IMG/VR virus record: IMGVR_UViG_3300024313_000004
Span: 1-64,000 of that record
DNA length: 64,000 nt
Strand: one strand, 5' to 3'
Source: a virus
Shown here piece after piece: positions 28,059 through 38,310 of this stretch. The first letter of the stretch is position 1, and the number at the start of each line of letters is the position of its first letter. Position numbers and translations under genes: made by a program. The notes beneath the pieces are model-generated. The model was not told the origin of the DNA, did not search any database, and saw only the letters and a list, made by a program, of their open reading frames with translations.

Positions 28059-29528
28059 TCATTTATATTTTTTTATAAAGTCATCATCGATATCGTCATC
28101 AGGTGTTATATCACAAGCTTTCTTATATGTACCGTCTGATAATAATATTTCAAAGTTAGATTTAAACTCAATTTCATAGTCACCAAAATTAAGTATAGTA
28201 TATTCAACCTTCTCTTTGGTTATTTCCATCTGTTTCTTTATTTCTTCCCTTTTTCTACCCTTTACTTCACCATCTATATAAAAGAATTCTTTATCTGGTA
28301 TTTCATTTTTAAGTTTATCAAAAATTCTTTGACCATTTTCTATTGTGTGAAAAAGTAATAAGGTATTATTTGTACACTTCTGTACAATGTTTCTTATAAA
28401 ATCTAACCTCTTATCCGATTGGTGTATAAATCTTTTCTCAAAATCGAATGCTGCTTTACCATCTCCACTTTTTCTAACAAGTTTTAATCTATCGTTAAAT
28501 TCACTGTGGTTATGATTCATTAAAACAACTCTAATATCCATCGGAGTAATTATACCCTTTTTCTTTAACTCATCTGCACTCACTTCTGTTATTTTTGGAC
28601 CTAAAACAGATTGTATTGTTAGTATTTCACAAGTATCTTCTAATGGAAATGTACCAGAAACACCAAATCTACAGTAAGCATTCCCAAAAGTATATTCTAA
28701 TATTTTAGTAATAGTTTTTGCTTTTGCACCATGTGCCTCATCTGTCGCGATTGTGTGAAATTGCTCGAAGAAATCTTTAGGCCATTTTTCGAGTGATTGA
28801 TATGTACCAATATAGATATTTGGATTTTCGGTACCTGAGAACTTTCTAGGTCTATCTGACATTACTTCTTCGACTCTTGTTATACAAGGTATGTGACCTG
28901 ATGATAATTCTGTTGTATTTTTTTCTTTCATTTCTAAAAGATTATTTATACCATAATTATATTCTATAATATTATCATAGAATTGTGTTACAAGTGTTAT
29001 AGATGGAACAATGATAAGTATCTTAGCATCTGGTTCTATATTTAGAAATGTATAGAACATTACTATGGATATAATAAGTGATTTACCACCTGATGTTGCA
29101 ACTTCTGCCATACAATATCTATTCTTTAGTATTTTATATGCCGCTTCTACTTGGTGATCATATGGCATAAATGGTACCCATTCTCCTTCTTTATTTTTAA
29201 CTTTATGTGTTTTGAAAAAATCTTTACAGAAGTCTTTTACTTTCTCTAAAGTAACATCTCTGTTTATCGGGAAATCTAATTTATTTTCTAATATAAAAGG
29301 CATTTCAATTTCTTTACAACCTCTCATTGCCTCTTTCCATAGACCTAGATTTATTCTACCATTCTTAAAGAATGTAATGTTTCCATCCCATGCACCAACT
29401 TTAACTGCTGGGTGATATCTCCAACCTTTTACCTTTCGTGTAAGCCAAAGTTGCATTTGGTGATATTCGATTCTTGTTGCATCCGATACTACTATTTCTT
29501 CTGTCTCTTTATCATATCTAAATTTCAT
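28059..29528 (-). CDS. uvsW: UvsW-like SF2 helicase, N-terminal fragment (motifs I-IV) with Hint-like tail
   Basis: PYDHQ, ATSGGKS, YQSL, DEAH, SGT, FYIDGEV. Confidence 0.9.
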   Translation of the reverse strand: MKFRYDKETEEIVVSDATRIEYHQMQLWLTRKVKGWRYHPAVKVGAWDGNITFFKNGRINLGLWKEAMRGCKEIEMPFILENKLDFPINRDVTLEKVKDFCKDFFKTHKVKNKEGEWVPFMPYDHQVEAAYKILKNRYCMAEVATSGGKSLIISIVMFYTFLNIEPDAKILIIVPSITLVTQFYDNIIEYNYGINNLLEMKEKNTTELSSGHIPCITRVEEVMSDRPRKFSGTENPNIYIGTYQSLEKWPKDFFEQFHTIATDEAHGAKAKTITKILEYTFGNAYCRFGVSGTFPLEDTCEILTIQSVLGPKITEVSADELKKKGIITPMDIRVVLMNHNHSEFNDRLKLVRKSGDGKAAFDFEKRFIHQSDKRLDFIRNIVQKCTNNTLLLFHTIENGQRIFDKLKNEIPDKEFFYIDGEVKGRKREEIKKQMEITKEKVEYTILNFGDYEIEFKSNFEILLSDGTYKKACDITPDDDIDDDFIKKYK

Positions 29529-29640
29529 CTATAAAAGTGAATATTTTTATTTCATGTTATATATTATAAATTGGTTATAGTTTAATAATTAAGGGGAGTT
29601 ATGATATATTATATATACAAAAAATAAAAAAATCATAATT

Positions 29641-30033
29641 ATGAAAAAGTTAATATCATTCTTTAAAAGAATTTTTTCAAAAAAGGAAAAAATTTCAAAT
29701 GTTAAAGGAAAAGTTTCAAATGTTGTTGAAGATGTTAAAGAAATTGTAAAAGAGGTTAAAGAAATTGTAAAAGAAGAACCTACTGACCAAATTGAGAAAA
29801 GATTCGTAGAAGTTGCGGATGATAAAAAAGTAACGGCAAAGGAAATTAAAGAAAAAGTTAAAAAGCCTGCTGCTAAAAAGCCTGCGGCTAAAAAACCTGC
29901 TGCTAAAAAGCCTGCGGCTAAAAAACCTGCTGCTAAAAAGCCTGCTAAAAAGGTAGATTCTGAAACTACAGAGGTAAAAAAGAAGCCCGCAAGAAGAAAA
30001 CCAGCTACTAAGAAACCAAAAAATGATGAATAA
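29641..30033 (+). CDS. Histone H1-like basic protein (KKPAA repeats)
   Basis: (KKPAA)x5 KKPAKK; amphipathic N-terminus MKKLISFFKRIFS. Confidence 0.7.
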   Translation: MKKLISFFKRIFSKKEKISNVKGKVSNVVEDVKEIVKEVKEIVKEEPTDQIEKRFVEVADDKKVTAKEIKEKVKKPAAKKPAAKKPAAKKPAAKKPAAKKPAKKVDSETTEVKKKPARRKPATKKPKNDE

Positions 30034-30051
30034 TCATTCTTCTAAAAAATT

Positions 30052-30082
30052 AAAGCCGATCAAATTTTTGATCGGCTTTTTT
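30052..30082. terminator. Bidirectional intrinsic terminator
   Basis: aaagccgatcaaa...ttgatcggctttttt. Confidence 0.85.
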
Positions 30083-30094
30083 GATGTTAGTATT

Positions 30095-30754
30095 TTAGAA
30101 AGGAAGGTCGTTCTTTTCTAAGTGTGTTTCTGGGTTGTAAATGTGTAAAGAGATTCTATCAATCTTATTGGGACTTTCTATACCATTTAGTTCAAACCAA
30201 GAATCTATGTTTGTTTTTACTCCTTTGTAAAGAGTTTTTGGTAGCTTACGGTCTCTTGAAAACCCATCAGGAGATATTGCATCAATCATAAAGTAAAAAT
30301 CCGTATTATCAATCATTTCAAGCTTTGAGAAAGCATCCTTTATATCTTCTTTGACTTCTTCGATGCTTTTATGTCTGAGTCTTTTCATCTTTATAATAAA
30401 CTCTCCTTTATCGTCATTTGAATCCTCATTCACTACATCCGTGTTGTCTATCAAATCTCTTATACAATCCTTTATCTCATCCTCATCAGAGTTTATTCGA
30501 AACATCTTGAAGAAGTCTTCGAATGAATCCTCGTTTTTAACATTTTGCTGCCAATGTATCATGGAATCCGTGTTCATACAAGAAATTAGATTTTTTAATT
30601 TCTTTCTAGTGTTAGAAGTGTATTTCTCGGATTGTAAAAGCTCTATAAGAGGTTTTACCTTTTCCCAATCTTCTGTAGATACCGTAGCATGTGGCATAAA
30701 ATCTTTATCTACATTAGATTCTGTTATTAACTTTGAGAACTTTTTCATAAACAT
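30095..30754 (-). CDS. Hypothetical protein with capsid-targeting-like N-terminus
   Basis: MFMKKFSKLITES; TAATATATA adjacent. Confidence 0.6.
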   Translation of the reverse strand: MFMKKFSKLITESNVDKDFMPHATVSTEDWEKVKPLIELLQSEKYTSNTRKKLKNLISCMNTDSMIHWQQNVKNEDSFEDFFKMFRINSDEDEIKDCIRDLIDNTDVVNEDSNDDKGEFIIKMKRLRHKSIEEVKEDIKDAFSKLEMIDNTDFYFMIDAISPDGFSRDRKLPKTLYKGVKTNIDSWFELNGIESPNKIDRISLHIYNPETHLEKNDLPF

Positions 30755-30765
30755 ATATATTAAAT

Positions 30766-30795
30766 AAAAAAGCCTCGTTTTATCGAGGCTTTTTT
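30766..30795. terminator. Intrinsic terminator
   Basis: aaaaaagcctcg...cgaggctttttt. Confidence 0.8.
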
Positions 30796-31232
30796 ATTAT
30801 GTTTAGAACATCGTCTATCTTTTTGTTTCTTTCTTCTCTTGTTCTTCTCTGTTCATCGAACACATTGGCGGACCTGAAACTTATAGACCCGTCGTTTGCC
30901 TTTAGTATGTCGTAGAAGTAAGTTATACTCGATTCGATAGATTCGGATCTCAGTATGTAGCCGATACATGTTTGTAAATCTTGAAACTTCAATGTTTGTG
31001 TCGCCACCGATTTTTTAATTAGCTTGTTGTTTACTACTTCACTAAATTCAAAAATCGGTGCGTCTGATATGTGGTCTATTCTTTCATGTACTTGTTCAAA
31101 GAAGTCTTCCAATTCTTGATCCGTAAGAGTACCTGAGTCCAAATATAACTTTTTTCTCAAAGAATTTTTAGACTTTACGTCTTTTATCAGTTCTTTAATC
31201 TTATCATCTTTTGATAGTTGTGTAAGATCCAT
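30780..31232 (-). CDS. Hypothetical protein
   Basis: 150 aa; REERNKKIDDVLN near the C-terminus. Confidence 0.6.
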   Translation of the reverse strand: MDLTQLSKDDKIKELIKDVKSKNSLRKKLYLDSGTLTDQELEDFFEQVHERIDHISDAPIFEFSEVVNNKLIKKSVATQTLKFQDLQTCIGYILRSESIESSITYFYDILKANDGSISFRSANVFDEQRRTREERNKKIDDVLNIIKKPR

Positions 31233-31237
31233 TCATG

Positions 31238-31912
31238 TTACTTTCTTTTTTGTATGATTTCGTCAATCATTCCATATTTCTTAGCTTCCGTGGCAGTCAT
31301 CCAATAATCTCTATCACCATCTTTATGAACTTTATCATATACTTGGCCGGTAGTATCAGAGATTATTTCATAAAGTTCCTTTTTCAAAGAGTTTATTTCT
31401 TTTGATTCTATTTCTATATCAACTGCTTGTGAATACCCAAGATAACCAAGTGGTTGATGGATCATGGTCCTACTTCTTTTAAGAGCTTTTCTTTTACCTT
31501 TTGTTCCTGAACAAAGTATTACAGCAGCCATAGAAGCAGCAAGTCCTGTATTTACGGTGATGATGTCTGGCTTAACAAAATCCATAACATCTAATAACCC
31601 TAATCCAGAATAAACCGAACCTCCTCCCGAGTCGATGTATATTTTGATATCTTTGTCACTTTCCATTTCAAGATAAAGAAGTTGTGCCTTTATTATATTA
31701 CACACATAGTCATCTACGTCTGTAGATAAGAATATGATTCTATCTTCTAATAACTTAGAGAAGATGTCTACGGACATCCCATTACTTTCTAATAGATATG
31801 GAGTATTATTATTTTGAGTCCTTGATACTTTTTTAAAGTAGTCATCAAACACAGAGCTAGATATGTTATTATCTCTCATATGTGACTTCAATATTCGGGT
31901 ATTTCTATCCAT
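31238..31912 (-). CDS. clpP: ATP-dependent Clp protease proteolytic subunit
   Basis: DIFSKLLEDRIIFL, QLLYLE, YIDSGGGSV, GLAASMA (Ser), MIHQP (His), DRDYWM (Asp). Confidence 0.93.
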   Translation of the reverse strand: MDRNTRILKSHMRDNNISSSVFDDYFKKVSRTQNNNTPYLLESNGMSVDIFSKLLEDRIIFLSTDVDDYVCNIIKAQLLYLEMESDKDIKIYIDSGGGSVYSGLGLLDVMDFVKPDIITVNTGLAASMAAVILCSGTKGKRKALKRSRTMIHQPLGYLGYSQAVDIEIESKEINSLKKELYEIISDTTGQVYDKVHKDGDRDYWMTATEAKKYGMIDEIIQKRK

Positions 31913-32008
31913 TTATTTGGTTTTCTTTTTTTATAAAAAAACGGATTGAAAGTTTAATATATAATGTAGTTATAAATTTAATATATACAAAAAAAAGAAT
32001 AAATATAT

Positions 32009-32284
32009 ATGAAAACTAAAGTAGAAATAAACGGATACGAGATTGAGATCGAAGAGAAAGATGGTCTTATTTCAGTAACAGCAACCTTTGATGACGAAGT
32101 AGTTGAAGAATTCCAAATTGAAACGGAAGAAGGTGAAGAAGGTCAAGAGGAAGTTCAAGGATTTGATGAATTCGGTCAAGACGAGGAAGAAGATTTTGGT
32201 CAAGACGAGGATGAAGAGTTAGAAGATGAAGAGTTAGATAGTAAATTAGAGTCTTTCCAATCTTTCATCAACAAGAAAAAATAA
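32009..32284 (+). CDS. Small highly acidic protein
   Basis: E/D-rich; ends KLESFQSFINKKK. Confidence 0.6.
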   Translation: MKTKVEINGYEIEIEEKDGLISVTATFDDEVVEEFQIETEEGEEGQEEVQGFDEFGQDEEEDFGQDEDEELEDEELDSKLESFQSFINKKK

Positions 32285-32294
32285 TATAATTATT

Positions 32295-33341
32295 ATGATG
32301 ATTAAAAAGTTTAATCAATATATTAAAGAAGATAATACAGGGGATAGACATCTCCTGTATTATGCTTTTGACTGGGATGATAATATTTTAAATATGACTA
32401 CGGTTATTCACATGGAACACTTAATTGATGGTGAATGGTTACCTGAGGATGTATCAACTTCTAAATTTGCAGAAGTTAGATCTGATAAAGATAACTGGAG
32501 AATTTTAGGTAATGATCCTGAACAAGCATTCTCTGAGTTTAGAGATAATGGACCAAGAGGTCAAGTTGCATTTTTAGAAGATGTTAAAGATTCTATTTCA
32601 AATAAGAAATTTGGACCGGCTTGGAATGATTTTATTGAGTGTTTAGTAAATGGTTCTCTTTTTTCAATAATAACTGCTAGAGGACATGAATCTGAGGCAA
32701 TGAGAACTGGTATTGAGTGGATATTAGATAATGTTTTATCTGAAGAAAGGATTTATGAGATGTATAATAACTTAATGAAGTTTGCTTATCTATTTAAACA
32801 TAATAAAGAATTTGATAGAATACTTAAAGAACAACCATCTAAAAATGAATTATTTAAAGTTTATTTAGATAATTGTGATTTTGTTGGTGTTTCTGCACCA
32901 TCAAGAGGTGGATCACCATCAAATCCTGAAAAGGCAAAAGAAGATGCACTTTTAATTTTTATTGACCGTGTAGATAAATTTGCATCATCAATAGGATATA
33001 AGGCTAAAGTTGGATTCTCTGATGATGATTTAGGTAATGTTAAACATATTGAAGATTTAACTGATAATATTCATCATGAACAATTTCCAAATCTATTATC
33101 ATTTGTAGTTAAGGGTACAAAAGATCCAGAAAACATAACAAAGAAAGTGAGAACTTTTGATGAATTTAAAGAGAGTCAGGATCCAATGGCGTCTAGTACG
33201 ATATCTATGCAAACTCCAAATGCAGCAATGTCTGGAGAATTAGATAGTAAAGATCCATATATTAAAGGAATGATTACACAATCTAAAAATTTAGCAAAAA
33301 CATCTAGAAAAATATTTGGTAAGAATAAAAAAAAAGATTAG
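32295..33341 (+). CDS. HAD-superfamily phosphatase-like protein with capsid-targeting-like N-terminus
   Basis: AFDWDDNI (motif I), IITARGH (motif II), GFSDDD (motif IV). Confidence 0.7.
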   Translation: MMIKKFNQYIKEDNTGDRHLLYYAFDWDDNILNMTTVIHMEHLIDGEWLPEDVSTSKFAEVRSDKDNWRILGNDPEQAFSEFRDNGPRGQVAFLEDVKDSISNKKFGPAWNDFIECLVNGSLFSIITARGHESEAMRTGIEWILDNVLSEERIYEMYNNLMKFAYLFKHNKEFDRILKEQPSKNELFKVYLDNCDFVGVSAPSRGGSPSNPEKAKEDALLIFIDRVDKFASSIGYKAKVGFSDDDLGNVKHIEDLTDNIHHEQFPNLLSFVVKGTKDPENITKKVRTFDEFKESQDPMASSTISMQTPNAAMSGELDSKDPYIKGMITQSKNLAKTSRKIFGKNKKKD

Positions 33342-33361
33342 GTAATAGAAATATTACAAAG

Positions 33362-33394
33362 AAAAATCCACCTAAAAAATAGGTGGATTTTTTT
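33362..33394 (+). terminator. Intrinsic terminator
   Basis: aaaaatccacct-aaaaaat-aggtggattttttt. Confidence 0.8.
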
Positions 33395-33406
33395 ATATAT
33401 AGAAAT

Positions 33407-35245
33407 ATGAGACTAAACAAATACTCCGAATTTATATTAGAAAATAGTAATACTATGATGATATTCTACTCTACTGAGTTTAGGAATATACTAACTAAAA
33501 TTGCATTAAATGATAGTAAAATTTCACCTACACAAACAATTGCTAGAATACTTCTAAGTATTGAAAATAAAGATGATATACAAGATACTTATACTTTGAT
33601 AGATAAAACCGATAAGAATGATATGATTTCATATGTTCAGACAAGTAGATTCTATAGAGAATTTCCAGAAGAAAATCTAAAGAAGTCTGGAGAAACATTT
33701 GTAAAGGGTAGTAAGTTCTGGAAAAGTGGAAGAACTCCACAGTATAGTATAGGAAGATGGGTAAGACACGTCTTTAATGATGTTCGTAAAACTCCTATAA
33801 GAGATAAGGATCTTGAAGAATTTGTAAATGATTACAAATCTACATACGATAAAATGTTAAATGTATCTAAGACTTTTGAAATAGTTAAAGGTGAAGACAT
33901 AAGATATTGGTATTTAGTAGATAATTATGATGAAATTAGGGGACAACTTGGGAGTTCATGTATGAGGTATGAGAAATGTCAACCTTATTTTGATATTTAT
34001 GTTCAAAACCCAGATGTTTGTAGTTTACTTATATTAAAAAATGGTGATAAACTAATAGGAAGAGCTTTATTATGGGTTTTAACCGATGGTAAAAAATTTA
34101 TGGATAGAATCTATACTATAGATGATAGTGATAAAAAATTATTTGAATCATATGGTGATGAGAATGGTTTTTTAAGAGATGGTCGACATGAAGTTAAAGT
34201 AAAAGAAGGAAGATATGATTATTATCCTTATATGGATAATTTTACAAATTATGATTATGAAAAAGGAATATTATCTACTAATATGGATGGTTATAAAATT
34301 TTAATACTACAAAATACAGACGGAAGTGCATCGGATAATGAAGATAGAGTTTGGAGTGATTACCATGGCGAATATATAGATGAGGATGATTCTAGATATT
34401 GTGAGGATATCGATGATTATGTTCATTATGAATGTGCGGTATGGTTAGATTACCTTGGTATATATGTATCGGATAACGCAAGTACCGTATATAGTGAGTA
34501 TACTTCAGATTCCTATTATTCTGAGGATACCGTATATTCTGAATGTATGGAAGATAGTTTACCAATAGAGTTTGTTGATTTAATAGAATTTAAAGTGAGT
34601 GATTCTGGAGACACTGATTATTGTACTAAAGAAATGAAAAAATACTATATGGAAATCGATGGTGTTTATTATTCCAAAAAGAGTTATATAAAGGACCCTT
34701 ACACAGGCGAATATAATTTTAGAGATAAAGTTATTGATGGTAATAGGTATGATAAATCATTAGAATCAAAACTTGAGAGTGAATTTGAAGTGGATGATAA
34801 ATATACACTAAGTGATGGTAGTTTTGATTTTGATAAGTATACAAAGGATCTTAAAGATTTACTTATCAAATACAAACCAAGTAAAGATTTTATTGATAAA
34901 CTTACTACTCCTACTAAATCTGGTGAAATATTGGGTGTGTTAAATGTATCATGTCTTTTACCCGGATTATACGCTTGGATAATTAGAAGTCAAAAAAGTG
35001 GGTCTATAAATGTAAATTACCAAACAAGTGGCGCATTGGCTAATTATAAAAATCAACTTTCTGATATTATATCTGATATGCCGGATGATATTTTTGATGT
35101 TGATAAGAATACAATTACTAGTTTTTATGTCGAGTTATTTAATAATAGATGGCAAAGAAGGAATCTCTTCGAGATATATGATAATATTGATATTAGTACT
35201 TTCCCAACAGAAATATACAAAAGAATTTTACTTTTAAATATATGA
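33407..35245 (+). CDS. Large hypothetical protein (SCM...GRALLW...DRIY...PYMD family) with Cys/Tyr/acidic repeats
   Basis: Start ATG 33407 (MRLNKYSEFILE); LGSSCMRY, IGRALLW, FMDRIYT, YYPYMDNF. Confidence 0.6.
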   Translation: MRLNKYSEFILENSNTMMIFYSTEFRNILTKIALNDSKISPTQTIARILLSIENKDDIQDTYTLIDKTDKNDMISYVQTSRFYREFPEENLKKSGETFVKGSKFWKSGRTPQYSIGRWVRHVFNDVRKTPIRDKDLEEFVNDYKSTYDKMLNVSKTFEIVKGEDIRYWYLVDNYDEIRGQLGSSCMRYEKCQPYFDIYVQNPDVCSLLILKNGDKLIGRALLWVLTDGKKFMDRIYTIDDSDKKLFESYGDENGFLRDGRHEVKVKEGRYDYYPYMDNFTNYDYEKGILSTNMDGYKILILQNTDGSASDNEDRVWSDYHGEYIDEDDSRYCEDIDDYVHYECAVWLDYLGIYVSDNASTVYSEYTSDSYYSEDTVYSECMEDSLPIEFVDLIEFKVSDSGDTDYCTKEMKKYYMEIDGVYYSKKSYIKDPYTGEYNFRDKVIDGNRYDKSLESKLESEFEVDDKYTLSDGSFDFDKYTKDLKDLLIKYKPSKDFIDKLTTPTKSGEILGVLNVSCLLPGLYAWIIRSQKSGSINVNYQTSGALANYKNQLSDIISDMPDDIFDVDKNTITSFYVELFNNRWQRRNLFEIYDNIDISTFPTEIYKRILLLNI

Positions 35246-35787
35246 ATAATATAAAGACATATGAAGGATTCTTAGATTTCTTCAAAAAGAAACCAAAGAG
35301 TACAGAGCCAGTTTATATGGATGATATAAAAGATTGTGGATATGATATTTTACATGATTCTAAAAATAGAATAGATGCATACATGGATAGAAGACCTGGC
35401 GGGATAAAACATGATTATGATGATATTTTTGGTATCAAGAGAGGAATGGATTCAACACACGATTATGAGGATCTTATGAATGATACTTTGGGACTACCAC
35501 CAAACGTAAGGGATAATAAGATGATTATAGAATTTCGATATTATTTATCAGGTGATAAAGGTATTTCAAAAAATGAAATGTCGGAAATACTTAAAGAATT
35601 TGTTGATAAACTACAGATATTAAATAGTACTGTAAGTTTTTACCTTTCATGGGGTTATGATGAAGGGTATATAGATAATAAAGAATATAAGAATATCGAC
35701 AAGATGATGGATGTTATATACAAAAAGGATAAAACTCCATTGATAGCTATGAAAATAACTGCACCTTCTGATATAATCGTTGATTAA
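35242..35787 (+). CDS. Hypothetical protein with capsid-targeting-like N-terminus
   Basis: MNNIKTYEGF. Confidence 0.6.
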   Translation: MNNIKTYEGFLDFFKKKPKSTEPVYMDDIKDCGYDILHDSKNRIDAYMDRRPGGIKHDYDDIFGIKRGMDSTHDYEDLMNDTLGLPPNVRDNKMIIEFRYYLSGDKGISKNEMSEILKEFVDKLQILNSTVSFYLSWGYDEGYIDNKEYKNIDKMMDVIYKKDKTPLIAMKITAPSDIIVD

Positions 35788-35827
35788 ATTTTATAAACTT
35801 AGAATGTGATTTTTTATATCATGTTAT

Positions 35828-37018
35828 ATGGATAAGGAATACATAAAGGATTTAGTTCAAAAGATACTCAATAAAGAGTTTGCGAATAAAAACAAAAGAA
35901 AAATAGTTGATTACGTTGATAGATTCAACGTGGCATGTCCTTATTGTGGTGATTCTAAAAACGAATATAAGAAAAGAGGTAACCTTTATTTAAATCGATT
36001 GATGTATGTTTGTTTCAATTGTGATAAGAGGACAAACCTTGATAGGATGTGTAGGGATTTCAACGAAATGGTTGATCCAGATAAGAAACTTGAGATGATT
36101 GAGCATCTTAATAGTGTAATGACATATTCTGATTATGAGACCAATATGTCCGATGCTAAGTTTGAAAATCTTATCGAATTAAGCGAGTTAGAGAGAGTTT
36201 TCTCTGCAAACCTTACTCAGATATCAGATTTCAAACCTATTCAAACCAACGGCGGTATATACAAGTATTTAATAGGTCGTGGAATACCCGAAGAATATCA
36301 TAAAAATATCTATCAAGCAAAATTCTGGAAAAATGAAGATGAAAGTGAATGGATAATTGTTATGTTAAATCGAAGAGATAATAAAGTATTGGGTATGCAA
36401 GTTCGTAACCTAAAAGAAGGAAAACGAAGAATGTTTAAAATTTATAACTATGAAAATCTTTTAGAGTGGATAAATATTGGTAAAGAAGAACCAATCGATA
36501 TTGATATGAATGAGATGGTTATTTATAATAAACTATCATATTATTTTAATATTTTAAATGTTGACTTAGGCAGAACTATAACTATTTTTGAAGGTTATTT
36601 AGATTCTCTTTTTTACCCAAACTCAATAGGATTAGTAGGTGTAAATACTGACTATAGAGTTATTGAAAATAATGGTTTAGATATACAGTATTTTTTCGAT
36701 AATGATGATGCAGGGTTTAATAAAACTGAGGAGAAAATGAAAAGTGGGTACCCTGTTTTTTTATGGAGAAAACTTTTTGAAGATATAGTTGAAAAAAAGA
36801 AGTCACCTGACCCAATGTTACTTTTACATAGAATAAGTAAAGTAAAGGATATAAATAGACTTGCAACATTGGTACCAAATCCATTTAAAACATTAAGGTT
36901 AGATGATTTTTTTAGTAAAGATGTTTTAGACTTAAAATGGATACCAAAAAGGAAGAAATATTCTAAGAAAGAAGATACTGATTATAATCGAAAGTTCAAC
37001 AATATTAAGTATTTATAA
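35828..37018 (+). CDS. DNA primase (T4 gp61-like)
   Basis: Zn finger CPYCGDS...CFNC; TOPRIM FEGYLDSLF, FDNDDAG, KDIN. Confidence 0.88.
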   Translation: MDKEYIKDLVQKILNKEFANKNKRKIVDYVDRFNVACPYCGDSKNEYKKRGNLYLNRLMYVCFNCDKRTNLDRMCRDFNEMVDPDKKLEMIEHLNSVMTYSDYETNMSDAKFENLIELSELERVFSANLTQISDFKPIQTNGGIYKYLIGRGIPEEYHKNIYQAKFWKNEDESEWIIVMLNRRDNKVLGMQVRNLKEGKRRMFKIYNYENLLEWINIGKEEPIDIDMNEMVIYNKLSYYFNILNVDLGRTITIFEGYLDSLFYPNSIGLVGVNTDYRVIENNGLDIQYFFDNDDAGFNKTEEKMKSGYPVFLWRKLFEDIVEKKKSPDPMLLLHRISKVKDINRLATLVPNPFKTLRLDDFFSKDVLDLKWIPKRKKYSKKEDTDYNRKFNNIKYL

Positions 37019-37059
37019 ATTTCTTTTCTGTTTTTAATATATAAAAGAAAATATTAAAA

Positions 37060-37365
37060 ATGGAAAAGAAAGTTGAGGTACCTAAAACTGATAAAAAGAA
37101 GTTCTTTTTTGGTTGGAATAATTGTAAATGGTTATTTACAGAGTTATTAAATGTTTATTCTAATAAAAAATCATATTTCTCGAAGAAGAGAGTAGAATCA
37201 GGTATAGCATTTATTATCGCACAATGGGGAATGGTTTTTTTCTTATTAGAAAAACATGTAGATTTATCGATGGGTGAATTCTTATTATGGGCAGCAGCTG
37301 AATTTGCAGTATCTGGTTATATTATAAATAAGATACAAAAAGAGAAAAATAATTTAGAGGAATGA
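37060..37365 (+). CDS. Two-TM membrane protein (possible holin)
   Basis: Two hydrophobic helices, basic N-terminus, charged C-terminus. Confidence 0.45.
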   Translation: MEKKVEVPKTDKKKFFFGWNNCKWLFTELLNVYSNKKSYFSKKRVESGIAFIIAQWGMVFFLLEKHVDLSMGEFLLWAAAEFAVSGYIINKIQKEKNNLEE

Positions 37366-38276
37366 AATACGGAGTAATCTATATAAAAATATGTCCTAAA
37401 GAAGGAACTCCCGGAGATTGGATAAAGTATTGCCAGATATTATCTGCGACTCCTAAATCGTTTCAGTTAAACGCGAAAGTGATTGCTGATGATATAAACT
37501 CTAGATATTCGGATGATATAGTAATACCTATGGACATAGATGTACATCCTGGATGTACGACAACACCTGAAAGTGTTAAAGAGATTGCGGAAGATATGTA
37601 TAATCAATTTTGTGAGTTAGTAGAAAGACAGGGCATTCCAAATTCTGTAAGATGTGTTTATTCGGTTGGTGAACTTAGAAATGTTAATGTTGATTCTACA
37701 CATCATCTAGGTAATGATAAAATTATGGTGAAATTAGGAAGATTTTTAGATGAATCTGACGAACCGGGTATATTTGAGGTAGATGGAACAGATAGGATAT
37801 TGGAATCTATCGAAGAGATGGAAGAAGATTCTGAAGATATAATGCAGGAGCTTAAAGACGAAGGATTCAAGATCAGCTTTGAAAGAGACACGTCTATTTT
37901 AGGAGTCAAAGATACATTCTTTTCAGTGTTGATTGAGCGACCATATTTTTCTCCTGCGAGAGAGATACCTGGATTACCTTCACCTCCAGGAGGATTATAT
38001 TCTGGCGACATCTTTGCCTGGAAAGAAGTTAAGGGTGCTGTAATAAGGCTGAACGATTGGTATTATTCACATTCCGGTAGAGACTATACTCCTGGAATAA
38101 ACGGTGAGATAAGCAACAAACTTACTAATATGGGAATAAAGGTAGAGACAAAGTCTCCTTTTAGGATGTTTAGCGGAGGAACAGAATTTGGAATAGGATG
38201 GAGCTCTCCAGAGGATTTCGACAGCTTAGGTGATACCATAACTTTCACTAGACTCACTATAGCGATGATGTTATAA
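37362..38276 (+). CDS. Two-module hypothetical protein
   Basis: 304 aa; second module after ILES begins EEDSEDIMQELKDEGF. Confidence 0.55.
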   Translation: MKYGVIYIKICPKEGTPGDWIKYCQILSATPKSFQLNAKVIADDINSRYSDDIVIPMDIDVHPGCTTTPESVKEIAEDMYNQFCELVERQGIPNSVRCVYSVGELRNVNVDSTHHLGNDKIMVKLGRFLDESDEPGIFEVDGTDRILESIEEMEEDSEDIMQELKDEGFKISFERDTSILGVKDTFFSVLIERPYFSPAREIPGLPSPPGGLYSGDIFAWKEVKGAVIRLNDWYYSHSGRDYTPGINGEISNKLTNMGIKVETKSPFRMFSGGTEFGIGWSSPEDFDSLGDTITFTRLTIAMML

Positions 38277-38310
38277 AATATAATATATAAAAAAAAATAA
38301 TATATAAAAA

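Noticed and set aside
28059-28230. Functional split intein in uvsW
   Set aside because: No N-terminal Cys/Ser block A and no His-Asn plus nucleophile in the C-fragment; at most a non-splicing remnant.
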